Shown: one piece after another, positions 8,382-18,802 of the stretch
Layout of the letters: each line of letters starts with the position of its first letter
Position numbering within the stretch: position 1 is the first letter of the stretch
Origin: Bulleidia sp.
GTDB lineage: Bacteria > Bacillota > Clostridia > Oscillospirales > Ruminococcaceae
DNA length: 64,000 bases
Direction of reading: 5' to 3'
NCBI GenBank assembly: GCA_963655125.1
Contig: CAVKDR010000006.1
Coordinates: 85,521-149,520, forward strand
Program-made: the position numbers and the translations under genes
The notes under the pieces: generated by a model
The model's input: the letters and a program-made list of their open reading frames with translations, nothing else
Database searches by the model: none
What the model was told of the DNA's origin: nothing

Positions 8382-9320
8382 ATGAGCTTCTCACAAGATG
8401 TAAAAAATGAGATCCTGCGCCATAGGATCTCCAAACCCTGTTGCTCCGTGGCCGCCGCCTATGCGGTGGCCTGTTTTGGTAAATACTTCGATGACCGCGG
8501 CATCGTTCTGCAGACCGAGAATGAGGGCGTAGCCACTTTTGCCCAAAAGCTGTACCGCCGCTGCGGCATCCGGGGGGATGTCCTGCGTAAGGAGCGCCCC
8601 ACCGGCCCGGTGTTTGAGTTCAGCGTCAAGGATGTGGTGGAAGTCGAGCGTTTGCTGGACCTGTTCGGCCACACCGGCAAGGAGCCGACCCTGCGCATCC
8701 GGCCGGAAAACTTCAAGTGCCAGCACTGTGTGCAGTCCTTCATCGCCACGGCATTTCTCTGCTGCGGCACGATGACCGACCCGGAGAAAAGCTATAACCT
8801 GGAATTCCTCTCCACCCGGCACTACCTCTCCCAGCAGCTGGAAGCCATGCTGGCCGAGCATGACTTCAACCCCCACCGCGCCCTGCGCAAGGGGGCCAAC
8901 ACGGTCTACATCAAATCGGCCGACCATATCGAGGATCTGCTCACTTTCATGGGCGCGGGCAACGCTGCCATGCGCATCATGGACCAGCGTATGTACAACG
9001 ATATGCGCAACAAAACCAACCGCCTTTCCAACTGCGAGACCGCGAACCTGGGCAAAAGCGTCCAGGCCGCCGTGCAGGTGCAGCTGGCCATTGAAAAGCT
9101 GCAGGCCGCCGGTGCCATGAGCACCCTGCCGGAAAACCTGCGCCTGACCGCCAAACTGCGGATGCAGTATCCCGACCTGCCGCTTGCCAAGCTGGCCCAG
9201 AAGTTCGATCCGCCCGTCAGCAAAGCGGGGCTGTCCCACCGCTTAAAGCGCATCCAGGAGGCCGCCCGCCGCCTGGACGAGACCACCCCGGAAACGCCCG
9301 AGAACGCTAAGGAACATTGA
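8382..9320 (+). CDS. whiA: Sporulation/cell-division transcription regulator WhiA
   Basis: N-terminus SFSQDVKNEIL, LAGLIDADG-like region and C-terminal HTH; follows rapZ directly with no yvcK between. Confidence 0.85.
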   Translation: MSFSQDVKNEILRHRISKPCCSVAAAYAVACFGKYFDDRGIVLQTENEGVATFAQKLYRRCGIRGDVLRKERPTGPVFEFSVKDVVEVERLLDLFGHTGKEPTLRIRPENFKCQHCVQSFIATAFLCCGTMTDPEKSYNLEFLSTRHYLSQQLEAMLAEHDFNPHRALRKGANTVYIKSADHIEDLLTFMGAGNAAMRIMDQRMYNDMRNKTNRLSNCETANLGKSVQAAVQVQLAIEKLQAAGAMSTLPENLRLTAKLRMQYPDLPLAKLAQKFDPPVSKAGLSHRLKRIQEAARRLDETTPETPENAKEH

Positions 9321-9322
9321 CC

Positions 9323-12300
9323 ATGCCTGAAACCACCCAAAGACAATTTACCCACCTGCATGTGCATACCGAGTACAGCCTGCTGGACGGTGCCTGCCGC
9401 ATTGACCGCCTGTTTGACCATATCAAGGCGATGGGGCAGACGGCCTGCGCCATCACTGACCACGGCGTTATGTACGGCTGTGTGGCGTTTTTTGATGCCG
9501 CCAAGGCGGCAGGCATCAAGCCCATCATTGGCTGCGAGGTCTATGTAGCGACCCGCACCCGCTTTGATAAGGTCAACCGTATCGATGGCAACAACCACCT
9601 GATTTTGCTGTGCAAAAACGAGACGGGCTACAAAAACCTGATCAAGATGGTCTCCGCCGGCTTTACCGAGGGTTTCTACTCCAAGCCCCGCATCGATAAG
9701 GACCTGCTGGAACAGTACCACGAGGGGCTGATCTGCCTGTCCGCCTGCCTGGCGGGCGAGATCCCCCAGGCGATCCTGGCAGGGGACTACGAGCGCGCGA
9801 AGCAGGCGGCGCTCTACTACCGCGACCTGTTCGGCGAGGGAAACTATTATATTGAATTGCAGGACCACGGCCTGGAGGAGGACCAGGTTGTGCTGCCCCA
9901 GCTGATCCGCCTGGCGCGGGAGACCGGCATCCCCATGGTCGCCACCAACGATGCCCACTACATCACCAAAGAGGATGCCAAGATGCAGAGCATTCTGCTT
10001 TGCATCCAGACCGGCAAGACCATCGCCGATGCCGACCGCATGGAGTTCCAGACGGACGAGTTCTACCTCAAAAGCACCGATGAGATGTACGACCTCTTTT
10101 CGATGGCGCCGGAAGCCTGCGAGAACACCAATAAAATCGCAGAGCAGTGCAATTTTGAGTTCACCTTCGGCGAAACCAAGCTGCCTTATTTCAAAGCTCC
10201 CGATGGCATGGAAAACCAGGCATACTTCGAGAAGCTTTGCTGGGAGGGCCTGGAACGCCGCTACCCCGGCAAGGTCACGGACGCGCTGAAAGAGCGCCTT
10301 TCCTACGAGATCAACGTTGTCAAGACGATGGGCTACACCAACTACTACCTCATCGTCTACGACTTTATCAACTACGCCAAAAGCCGGGATATCCCGGTAG
10401 GCCCCGGCCGTGGTTCCGGCGCGGGCAGCCTGGCGGCCTACTGTGTCGGCATCACCGATATCGACCCCATCCGCTATAACCTCATCTTTGAACGTTTCCT
10501 GAACCCCGAACGTGTCTCGATGCCCGACTTCGATGTCGACTTCTGCTACGAGCGCCGCCAGGAAGTCATCGATTACGTCAACGAAAAGTACGGCCGCGAC
10601 CACGTCGCCCAGATCGTCACCTTTGGTACGATGGCCGCCCGCGCCGCCGTGCGCGATGTGGGCCGCGTCATGGGCATGCCCTACCAGGATGTGGACCGCG
10701 TGGCGAAACTGATCCCCATGGAACTGAAGATGACGCTGAAAAAGGCGCTGGAGGTCAGCCCCGACCTGAAAGCGCTGTACGACAGCGACAGCCAGGTCCA
10801 CGAACTGATCGATACTTCGTTAAAGGTCGAGGGCATGCCCCGCCATGCCTCCACCCACGCCGCAGGCGTTGTCATTACCCGTGAACCGGCCACCGAGTAC
10901 GTGCCGCTGTCCACCAACGATGGCCTGCCGGTCACCCAGTTCAACATGGTGGAGATCGAGCGTCTGGGCCTGCTCAAGATGGACTTCCTGGGCCTGCGCA
11001 CCCTGACCGTCATCCATGATACCGAGATGGCTGTCCGCCACACTAAGGACCCGGATTTCCGGGTGGCGAACATCGACTACGATGATCCCGCCACCTACGA
11101 GATGCTGACCCGCGGCGAGACGATGGGCATCTTCCAGCTTGAATCTACCGGCATGACCCAGGTGCTGATGAGCATGCGCCCGAAAAACCTCGAAGATGTC
11201 ATCGCCCTGATCTCACTCTACCGCCCCGGTCCCATGGATTCCATCCCGACCTATCTGCGCAACAGAAAGGACCCGTCCAAGGTCGTGTACCAGACCCCGC
11301 AGATGGCCCATATCGTGGATGTGACCAACGGCGTTGTCATTTATCAGGAGCAGGTCATGCAGATCTGCCGCGAGTTGGCAGGCTTCAGCTTCGGCCAGGC
11401 CGATAACGTCCGCCGTGCCATGAGTAAGAAAAAACTCAAAGTCATGGAGGCCGAGCGCGAACATTTTGTCCATGGCTGCACCGAGCCGGGCAAGGAGTGC
11501 GCGGGCTGTGTCAAAAACGGCATCCCCGAAAGCGTAGCAAACCAGATCTACGATGATATGATCAGTTTTGCCTCCTACGCCTTCAATAAATCCCACGCGG
11601 CCTGCTATGCCTACGTGGCGTTCCAGACGGCCTACCTCAAGTGCCATTACCCCCACGAGTTTATGGCCGCCCTGCTGACCAGTGTGCTCGATAATACGTC
11701 CAAAGTCATCGAGTATACCTCCGAGTGCCAGCGCCTGGGCATCAAGGTCCTGCCGCCGGATATCAACGTTTCCCGCGGCGGCTTCACCGTGGACGGTGAC
11801 AGCATCCGCTTCGGCCTGAATGCCGTCAAGAGCGTGGGCCGCAACCTCATCGATTCGGTGGTCAAGGAGCGCAAAGACCGCCCCTACCGCAGCCTGTACG
11901 ATTTTTGCAAGCGGCTGCACGGCAACGAACTGAACCGCCGCGCGTTGGAAAACCTCGTCAAGGCAGGCTCCTTCGATGCGTTGGAACCCAGCCGCCGTGC
12001 GATGATCGACAGCGCCGAGGGCATCCTGAAAAGCGTTGAGACCGATGCCCGCCAGAACCTGGAAGGCCAGATGGATCTTTTCGGCATGATGGGCGGGGAA
12101 CAGGAGCAGGCTGCCAGCGATTACAAGATCCCCAACACGCCGGAATATCCCGCCAGCGAACTGCTCAAAATGGAAAAAGAGGTCTCCGGCCTCTACCTGT
12201 CCGGCCACCCGCTGGATGCCTACCGCACCCAGATCAGCCAGATCTCCACCTGCACCATTGCCGATCTACAGGGCGAGGATGCCAAGCGTTTTGACAACCA

Positions 12301-12862
12301 GAACGTTACAATTCTTTGCACGGTCGTCAAAAATAAGATCATGACCACCAAGTCCAACACGCTGATGGCCTTTACCACCGTGGAGGATCTGACTGGTACG
12401 ATGGAACTGCTGATCTTCCCGCGCGTCCTGGCCGAGTGCCGCGCCGCCCTGCAGGAGAATGCAGTTGTGGTCGCCAACGGCCGTGTCTCTGTCAAAGAGG
12501 AAGAAGCCGCCCGCCTGATCGTGGAGGGTGTGCAGCCAATCGAGCACTACGACCCGAATCAGAGTTTCGGCAAAAACCGTGTGGAAAAAGTCCGCCGCGA
12601 GACCAGCGGGGGAGAAGCCACCGGCTATTTCCTGACGGTGCCCAGCCGCCAGGGCCCGGAGATGCACAAGGTGGAAAACCTGCTGTGCAACATCTTTGAC
12701 GGCGGCACCGTCAAGGTCTATTTCCGCTTTGCGGACACCGGCCAAAAGGTGCTGGCCCGCCATATGGCCATCAAGGATGATCCGCTGCTGCGCGCCGAAT
12801 TGGAGCGTATTTTAGGTAAAGACCATGTAAAAGTTCAGATGGCTGAACAAAATGCAAAATAA
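9323..12862 (+). CDS. dnaE: DNA polymerase III alpha subunit
   Basis: N-terminal PHP domain (HLHVHTEYSLLDG), polymerase core and OB-fold; ATG at 9323 preceded by AAGGA. The track's 9317 start is an in-frame TTG. Confidence 0.92.
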   Translation: MPETTQRQFTHLHVHTEYSLLDGACRIDRLFDHIKAMGQTACAITDHGVMYGCVAFFDAAKAAGIKPIIGCEVYVATRTRFDKVNRIDGNNHLILLCKNETGYKNLIKMVSAGFTEGFYSKPRIDKDLLEQYHEGLICLSACLAGEIPQAILAGDYERAKQAALYYRDLFGEGNYYIELQDHGLEEDQVVLPQLIRLARETGIPMVATNDAHYITKEDAKMQSILLCIQTGKTIADADRMEFQTDEFYLKSTDEMYDLFSMAPEACENTNKIAEQCNFEFTFGETKLPYFKAPDGMENQAYFEKLCWEGLERRYPGKVTDALKERLSYEINVVKTMGYTNYYLIVYDFINYAKSRDIPVGPGRGSGAGSLAAYCVGITDIDPIRYNLIFERFLNPERVSMPDFDVDFCYERRQEVIDYVNEKYGRDHVAQIVTFGTMAARAAVRDVGRVMGMPYQDVDRVAKLIPMELKMTLKKALEVSPDLKALYDSDSQVHELIDTSLKVEGMPRHASTHAAGVVITREPATEYVPLSTNDGLPVTQFNMVEIERLGLLKMDFLGLRTLTVIHDTEMAVRHTKDPDFRVANIDYDDPATYEMLTRGETMGIFQLESTGMTQVLMSMRPKNLEDVIALISLYRPGPMDSIPTYLRNRKDPSKVVYQTPQMAHIVDVTNGVVIYQEQVMQICRELAGFSFGQADNVRRAMSKKKLKVMEAEREHFVHGCTEPGKECAGCVKNGIPESVANQIYDDMISFASYAFNKSHAACYAYVAFQTAYLKCHYPHEFMAALLTSVLDNTSKVIEYTSECQRLGIKVLPPDINVSRGGFTVDGDSIRFGLNAVKSVGRNLIDSVVKERKDRPYRSLYDFCKRLHGNELNRRALENLVKAGSFDALEPSRRAMIDSAEGILKSVETDARQNLEGQMDLFGMMGGEQEQAASDYKIPNTPEYPASELLKMEKEVSGLYLSGHPLDAYRTQISQISTCTIADLQGEDAKRFDNQNVTILCTVVKNKIMTTKSNTLMAFTTVEDLTGTMELLIFPRVLAECRAALQENAVVVANGRVSVKEEEAARLIVEGVQPIEHYDPNQSFGKNRVEKVRRETSGGEATGYFLTVPSRQGPEMHKVENLLCNIFDGGTVKVYFRFADTGQKVLARHMAIKDDPLLRAELERILGKDHVKVQMAEQNAK

Positions 12863-13002
12863 ATCCATGCACTTTGCAAGAATTGTCCATAATCTAGACG
12901 TGATAGTTGTGCTATAATGGATACGTCACAGAGATTGTTAAAAATTTATTCTAGCTTCTGGCAATGTGGCGCAATGTGCCCAAAATAGGAGGGGCTTGTT
13001 TT

Positions 13003-13977
13003 ATGGCTAAGGAAATTAAAACCATCGGTGTTCTGACCAGCGGCGGTGACGCCCCCGGCATGAATGCCGCTGTTCGCGCAATCGTTCGCGCTGGCATCAG
13101 CAAAGGCTACCGCATGATGGGCATCCAGCGCGGTTACAACGGCCTGATCAATGGTGAAGTTTACGAAATGAACGTCCGCAGCGTATCGGAGATCATCCAC
13201 CGCGGCGGTACGATCCTCTATACGGCCCGCTGCCTGGAGTTCAAGACCCAGGAAGGCCAGGCCAAGGGTCTTGCCCGCTGCAAAGAGCTGGGCATTGATG
13301 CACTGGTCGTCATCGGCGGCGATGGCTCCTTCATGGGTGCCCGCGCACTGGCAAACCAGGGCATTCCCTGCATCGGCCTGCCCGGCACCATCGATAATGA
13401 TATCGCCTGCAGTGAGTACACCATCGGCTATGACACGGCCATGAACACCGCTGTCGAGGCCATCGATAAACTGCGCGACACCACCCAGAGCCACGACCGC
13501 TGCAGCGTTGTCGAGGTCATGGGCCACCACGCCGGTTATATCGCCCTGAACGTTGGCATCGCCACCGGTGCTGTCGCCGTTCTGCTGCCCGAGATCCCGT
13601 TCGACTTCGAGCGCGACATCCTGCAGCGCATGCGCCAGACCCAGGTCACCGGCAAGAAGCACTTCATCATCATCGTGTCCGAGGGTGTCATCGGTGCCCA
13701 GGAGCTGGCAAACCAGATCCAGGCCGCTACCGGTGTCGACTCCCGCGCTACCGTTCTGGGCCACATCCAGCGCGGCGGTTCTCCCACGGTGCGTGACCGC
13801 GTCAACGCTTCTCTGATGGGCTACCATGCCATCGATCTGCTGTCCAAGGGCATCTACAACCGCGTTGTCGCCGTCTCCGGCGATAAGATCGTGGACTACG
13901 ATGTCAACGTGGCCCTGTCGATGCACAAGACCATCGACCGCGATATGATCGAGATCGCCAACGCCATCTCCATCTGA
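13003..13977 (+). CDS. pfkA: ATP-dependent 6-phosphofructokinase
   Basis: MAKEIKTIGVLTSGGDAPGMNAA signature; classic dnaE-pfkA adjacency. Confidence 0.92.
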   Translation: MAKEIKTIGVLTSGGDAPGMNAAVRAIVRAGISKGYRMMGIQRGYNGLINGEVYEMNVRSVSEIIHRGGTILYTARCLEFKTQEGQAKGLARCKELGIDALVVIGGDGSFMGARALANQGIPCIGLPGTIDNDIACSEYTIGYDTAMNTAVEAIDKLRDTTQSHDRCSVVEVMGHHAGYIALNVGIATGAVAVLLPEIPFDFERDILQRMRQTQVTGKKHFIIIVSEGVIGAQELANQIQAATGVDSRATVLGHIQRGGSPTVRDRVNASLMGYHAIDLLSKGIYNRVVAVSGDKIVDYDVNVALSMHKTIDRDMIEIANAISI

Positions 13978-14176
13978 TACCGCCAACCTTAAATAATTCG
14001 CACAAGCCCGCACAAAATTGCAAAAAACACTTGCAATTTGCGCGGGCTTGTGGTATTATACTACGGCAATACACACGCATTGCGTTGTTTTTTTGTGCGC
14101 TTTTTTCGTTAAAGCGTTAGAAAACATAAAACGCCATGCGGAGGGTAAAACTAAATTTATTGGAGGATTTTTTACT

Positions 14177-14899
14177 ATGGCAGTCGTATCTATGAAACAG
14201 CTTCTCGAAGCAGGTGTCCACTTCGGTCACCAGACCCGTCGTTGGAACCCCAAGATGGCTAAGTACATCTTCACCGAGCGCAACGGCATCTACATCATCG
14301 ACCTGCAGAAGACCGTGAAGAAGCTGGATGAGGCTTACAACTTCGTGCGCGACACCGCTGCTCAGGGCGGTGAGATCCTGTTCGTCGGCACCAAGAAGCA
14401 GGCTCAGGATTCCATCCGTGACGAGGCTACCCGCTGCGGCATGCACTATGTCAACGCTCGCTGGCTGGGCGGCATGATGACCAACTTCCGCACCATCCGT
14501 AAGCGCATCGATCGTATGGAGCAGCTCAAGACCATGCAGGCCGATGGCACCTTCGATCTGCTGCCCAAGAAGGAAGTTGTCAAGCTCGAGCTCGAGATGG
14601 AGAAGCTGGACAAGTACCTGGGCGGCGTTAAGAACATGAAGACCCTGCCGAAGGCTATGTTCATTGTTGACCCCCACAAGGAGCGCATCGCTGTCTCCGA
14701 GGCCCGCAAGCTGAACATCCCCATCGTTGCTATCGTTGATACCAACTGCGATCCCGATGAGATCGATTACGTGATCCCCGGCAACGACGACGCTATCCGC
14801 GCTGTCAAGCTGATCTCCGGCGCTATGGCCAGCGCTGTTCTGGAAGGCAAGCAGGGTGTCCAGGAGGCTCCTGCCGCTGAGGAAAAGACCGAGGCCTGA
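14177..14899 (+). CDS. rpsB: 30S ribosomal protein S2
   Basis: [27 protein letters not shown]; ATG at 14177 after GGAGG. The upstream part of the track ORF is untranslated leader. Confidence 0.95.
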   Translation: MAVVSMKQLLEAGVHFGHQTRRWNPKMAKYIFTERNGIYIIDLQKTVKKLDEAYNFVRDTAAQGGEILFVGTKKQAQDSIRDEATRCGMHYVNARWLGGMMTNFRTIRKRIDRMEQLKTMQADGTFDLLPKKEVVKLELEMEKLDKYLGGVKNMKTLPKAMFIVDPHKERIAVSEARKLNIPIVAIVDTNCDPDEIDYVIPGNDDAIRAVKLISGAMASAVLEGKQGVQEAPAAEEKTEA

Positions 14900-14953
14900 T
14901 CCCCGCGTACCCGGAACACCTATTAGTATAAGACAGAAAGGACAAGAGAGATT

Positions 14954-15871
14954 ATGGCTATTTCTGCAAAAGACGTTATGGAACTGCGTAAGCAGACCGA
15001 CTGCGGCATGATGGAGTGCAAAAAGGCTCTGACCCAGGCTGACGGCGACTTCGAGAAGGCAATCGAGATCCTGCGCGAGCAGGGCCTGGCTGCTGCCAAC
15101 AAGAAGGCTGGCCGTATCGCCGCCGAGGGCATGGTCTACGCCGTTTCTTTCGACAACTGCGCTGTTGTCGTTGAGGTCAACGCTGAGACTGACTTCGTTG
15201 CCAAGAACGATAAGTTCGTTGAGTTCACCAAGAACCTGGCTAAGGTTGTTGCTGACGAGAACCCCGCCGATGTTGAGGCCCTGATGGCTTGCAAGATGGG
15301 CGAGGGCACCGTTGACGATGCCCTGAAGGCTCTGATCCTGGTCATCAAGGAGAACATCAAAGTTCGCCGTTTTGCCCGCTACGAGGGTCACTGCGCTGCT
15401 TACGTCCATGGCGGCGGCACCCACGGTGTCATCGTCAAGTTCGAGACCAGCGATGAGGTTGCTGCTAAGGCTGAGTTCGCTGCTTTCGGCAAGGACATTG
15501 CTATGCAGATCGCTGCTGCTAACCCCAGCTACCTGAACGAGTCCGATGTTCCGGCTGATGTTCTGGCTAAGGAGAAAGAGATCGTTCTGGCCCAGATGGC
15601 TAACGATCCCAAGACCGCCAACAAGCCCGATGCTATCAAAGAGAAGATGGCTGTCGGCAAGCTGGGCAAGTTCTACAAGGAGAGCTGCCTGGTCGATCAG
15701 GCCTTCATCAAGGACGGCGGCATCGATGTCAAGAAGTATGTTGCTGACACCGCTAAGGCTCTGGGCGGCGAGATCTCCATCGCTGCTTACACTCACTTCA
15801 CCAAGGGTGAGGGCCTGGAGAAGCGCAACGAGGACTTCGCTGCTGAAGTTGCTGCTGCCATCAAGGGCTAA
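14954..15871 (+). CDS. tsf: Elongation factor Ts
   Basis: MAISAKDVMELRKQTDCGMMECKKAL UBA-like N-terminus plus dimerisation domain; rpsB-tsf operon. Confidence 0.95.
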   Translation: MAISAKDVMELRKQTDCGMMECKKALTQADGDFEKAIEILREQGLAAANKKAGRIAAEGMVYAVSFDNCAVVVEVNAETDFVAKNDKFVEFTKNLAKVVADENPADVEALMACKMGEGTVDDALKALILVIKENIKVRRFARYEGHCAAYVHGGGTHGVIVKFETSDEVAAKAEFAAFGKDIAMQIAAANPSYLNESDVPADVLAKEKEIVLAQMANDPKTANKPDAIKEKMAVGKLGKFYKESCLVDQAFIKDGGIDVKKYVADTAKALGGEISIAAYTHFTKGEGLEKRNEDFAAEVAAAIKG

Positions 15872-15901
15872 TCTGAGCATTCAGATCTAACATGCAGAAT
15901 A

Positions 15902-15938
15902 AGGCATGCTGTGTTTTGCGATACAGCATGCCTTTTTT
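15902..15938 (+). terminator. Rho-independent terminator after tsf
   Basis: aggcatgctgt-N-acagcatgcct stem followed by TTTTTT. Confidence 0.7.
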
Positions 15939-16020
15939 GTGCCCGCCTTGCAATTGCAGGCTAAATCGGGTACAATACAGGTAAAACAGGGGCACAGCCC
16001 CACAAGGATGGTTCACCATA

Positions 16021-17886
16021 ATGGCGGAATTTTCTCCCAAATTTAAAGAAGCCCTGAGCCTGGTGCAAAAACCGGGCCGCTACACCGGCGGCGAGCCGGG
16101 CAGCGTGTACAAAGATAAAGACAAAGTGGATGTCCGCATGGCGTTCTGCTTCCCGGATACCTACGAGATCGGCATGTCCTTTTTGGGCGAGAAGATCTTG
16201 TACGATATCCTGAACCGCCACGAAAACTGGTGGTGCGAGCGCGCCTTCATGCCCTGGACTGACATGAAAGAGCAGATGGAGCGCCTGGACATTCCGCTCT
16301 ACTGCCTGGAAAGCAAGGACCCGCTGACGGATTTTGATATCATCGGCTTCTCGCTGGAATACGAACTCTGCTACACCAATATCCTGGCTATGCTGCGCTT
16401 GTCGGGCATCCCGCTGCGGGCTGCTGACCGTGACGGCAGCTGGCCGCTCATCATCGCGGGCGGCCCCTGCGTCTGCAATGCCGAGCCGATGGCGGATTTC
16501 TTCGATGTCATGCAGCTGGGCGAGGGCGAACAGATGCTGCAGGATATCTGCGCCGCTGTGGAGCAGGGCAAAAAGCAGGGTTGGACCAAAGAACAGCTGC
16601 TGCTGGAAATGGCCAAGATCCCCGGCGTGTACATCCCGTCTTTCTACGATGTTACGTATAAAGAAGATGGCCGCATCGAGAGCGTCAAGCCCAACCACCC
16701 CGGTGTGCCGGAGCGCGTGACCAAGGCCATCGTCAAGAATATGGACGACTACGAGCCGCCCAAAAACTTTGTGGTGCCGCTGGTGGGTGCTGTGCAGGAC
16801 CGCGCCTGCGTGGAAGTGCTGCGCGGCTGTGTGCGCGGCTGCCGCTTCTGCCAGGCGGGCCAGCTGTACCGTCCGTTCCGGGAGCGCAGCCCCAAGCTTA
16901 TCAGCGAGAGCGCCCGCCAGCTTTGCCGCAACACCGGCTATGACGAGTTGAGCCTGTCCAGCCTTTCCACCTCCGACCACTCCCGGTTGGAGGATATCCT
17001 GGACGAGCTGAACAGCTGGGCCGAGGCGGACCACGTCAGCCTGTCGCTGCCCTCGCTGCGCGTGGACAACTTCTCGCAGTCGCTGGTGGAAAAAACCACC
17101 AAGGTGCGCAAGAGCGGCCTGACCTTTGCGGCCGAGGCCGGCACCCAGCGTCTGCGGGATGTCATCAACAAAAACGTCACCTGGGACCAGATCGAGCGCG
17201 GCTGCCGCATTGCCTTCTCCGAGGGCTACACCTCGGTCAAACTCTACTTCATGATGGGCCTGCCCACCGAGACGCTGGAGGACATCAAGGGCATTGCCGA
17301 CACTGCCCAGCAGGTGGTCGACCTGTTCTACAAGATCCCCGACCGCCCGAAAGGCAAGGGCGTTCAGGTCACCATCAGCGTGGCCTGTTTCGTGCCCAAG
17401 CCGGACACGCCGTTCCAGTTCTGCGCCCAGGACCGCCGCGAGCAGCTGCGGGAAAAGCAGCAATATCTGCTTAGCTGTGTGCATTCCCGCAAGATCAAGG
17501 TCAACTACCACGACAGTGCCACCAGTGTGCTGGAAGGCGTTTTCGCCAAGGGTGACCGCCGCCTGGGCAAGGTCATCGAGACTGCCTTTAATAACGGCGC
17601 GTTCTTTGACACCTGGGAAGAATACTTTGACTATGGCCGCTGGATGGAAGCTTTTGCCGCCTGCGGCATCGACCCGGACTTCTACAACTACCGCACTATC
17701 GGCCTGGACGAGGTCACGCCCTGGGACCACCTGGACGTAGGTGTCACCAAGGCCCACCTGGTGCGGGAGTACAATAAGGCGCTGGCCGCCCAGACGACCC
17801 AGCCCTGCAACCGCCAGTGCAGTGCCTGCGGTGCCAATAAACTGATCGGAGGTCCCTGCTTTGACTACAGTAAGAATCTTCTTTGA
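16021..17886 (+). CDS. B12-binding-domain radical SAM protein (TIGR03960 family)
   Basis: Long N-terminal domain plus radical-SAM cysteine cluster CVRGCRFCQAG; typically paired with a DUF2344 protein. Confidence 0.75.
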   Translation: MAEFSPKFKEALSLVQKPGRYTGGEPGSVYKDKDKVDVRMAFCFPDTYEIGMSFLGEKILYDILNRHENWWCERAFMPWTDMKEQMERLDIPLYCLESKDPLTDFDIIGFSLEYELCYTNILAMLRLSGIPLRAADRDGSWPLIIAGGPCVCNAEPMADFFDVMQLGEGEQMLQDICAAVEQGKKQGWTKEQLLLEMAKIPGVYIPSFYDVTYKEDGRIESVKPNHPGVPERVTKAIVKNMDDYEPPKNFVVPLVGAVQDRACVEVLRGCVRGCRFCQAGQLYRPFRERSPKLISESARQLCRNTGYDELSLSSLSTSDHSRLEDILDELNSWAEADHVSLSLPSLRVDNFSQSLVEKTTKVRKSGLTFAAEAGTQRLRDVINKNVTWDQIERGCRIAFSEGYTSVKLYFMMGLPTETLEDIKGIADTAQQVVDLFYKIPDRPKGKGVQVTISVACFVPKPDTPFQFCAQDRREQLREKQQYLLSCVHSRKIKVNYHDSATSVLEGVFAKGDRRLGKVIETAFNNGAFFDTWEEYFDYGRWMEAFAACGIDPDFYNYRTIGLDEVTPWDHLDVGVTKAHLVREYNKALAAQTTQPCNRQCSACGANKLIGGPCFDYSKNLL

Positions 17887-18511
17887 GAAATGCGGGGAAG
17901 CCGCCTACATCTCGCTGCTGGACCTGCAGCGCGTGTTCCACCGCATCTTGAAAATGAGCGACCTGCCGGTGTATTACACCCAAGGCTATAACCCGCACAT
18001 CTACCTGTCCTTTTCCTGCCCGCTGTCCCTGGGGCAGGAGAGCCTGTGCGAAAGCTGCGAGGTCAAGACCGAGCAGGAGACCATTGACGGCGAGATTTGG
18101 CGCAACGCCCTGCAGCCCCTGATGCCCCGTGGCATCGTCATCACCAAGGTGGCCCCGGCAGTGGAAAAGGTCGCCGAGATCGAAACGGCTGTCTACGCCG
18201 TCACGATGCCCAAGAGCGGTATGTCTGCCATTGAAGCCTACAACAACGCCGAACAGGCCGAGGTCACCAAAAAGACCAAGCGCGGCCAGAAAACGCTGGA
18301 CCTCAAGCAGTACCTGCCCCGCATCGACTGCGAGGAGGCGGGGGACAACATCGAGTTTTCGGTCAAGCTGCCCTGCGGCAGCGGCGAAGCACTAAACCTG
18401 AACCCCTCGCTGCTGATGGATTTTTTGCAGCAGCACGGTGGCGCACCCATCTGGCAGTGCCGTGTGCTGCGCACCCATCTGTACAACAAATCGGGCGTGG
18501 ATTTTGAGTAA
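17861..18511 (+). CDS. DUF2344 (TIGR03936) radical-SAM-associated protein
   Basis: Start pattern RIFFEKCGEAAYISLLDLQRVFHRILK is typical of the family; overlaps the rSAM gene stop, indicating translational coupling. Confidence 0.7.
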   Translation: MTTVRIFFEKCGEAAYISLLDLQRVFHRILKMSDLPVYYTQGYNPHIYLSFSCPLSLGQESLCESCEVKTEQETIDGEIWRNALQPLMPRGIVITKVAPAVEKVAEIETAVYAVTMPKSGMSAIEAYNNAEQAEVTKKTKRGQKTLDLKQYLPRIDCEEAGDNIEFSVKLPCGSGEALNLNPSLLMDFLQQHGGAPIWQCRVLRTHLYNKSGVDFE

Positions 18512-18527
18512 CTGTGCGGCCATCGCT

Positions 18528-18585
18528 TTGCCTCCCTCTGCGAGGGAGGTGGCGCGAAGCGCCGGAGGGAGAGAGCCTCCGTTGA
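18528..18585. repeat. Intergenic tandem-hairpin repeat element, copy B
   Basis: gcctccctctgcgagggaggtggcgcgaagcgccggagggagagagcctcc, sharing the hairpin1/hairpin2/GGGAGAGAGCC architecture with copies at 3544 and 62152. Confidence 0.6.
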
Positions 18586-18657
18586 CGGAGTAATAGAAAA
18601 GCGGCAAGAAATCTGCGTTTTAGCTGAATTTTTGCTGGATTATTTGTCTAAAACCAC

Positions 18658-18686
18658 TTGCCAAACCACCGCCAAGATGCTATAAT
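18658..18686 (+). promoter_or_regulatory. Sigma-A type promoter for rplS (TTGCCA-17-TATAAT)
   Basis: -35 TTGCCA at 18658-18663, 17 bp spacer, -10 TATAAT at 18681-18686. Confidence 0.6.
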
Positions 18687-18692
18687 ACTAAA

Positions 18693-18802
18693 GCGTTAGT
18701 GCCGCCGAGCCATCGGCGGGATAATGACAAATCATTATACAGGCGGTCCTCTGACGAAACATTCGTGTATGAACGTCGCAAAAACATGGAGGAATTCATA
18801 AC
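18693..18802 (+). promoter_or_regulatory. Ribosomal protein L19 leader (autoregulatory cis-element candidate)
   Basis: Roughly 110 nt structured leader with hairpin gccgccgagccatcggcggg between the promoter and rplS, as found for Firmicutes rplS. Confidence 0.45.

Noticed and set aside
12863-13002. Possible regulatory palindrome upstream of pfkA (gacgtgatag...gatacgtcac)
   Set aside because: The symmetry is weak and imperfect. The region is adequately explained by an extended -10 promoter (TGcTATAAT) and the RBS.
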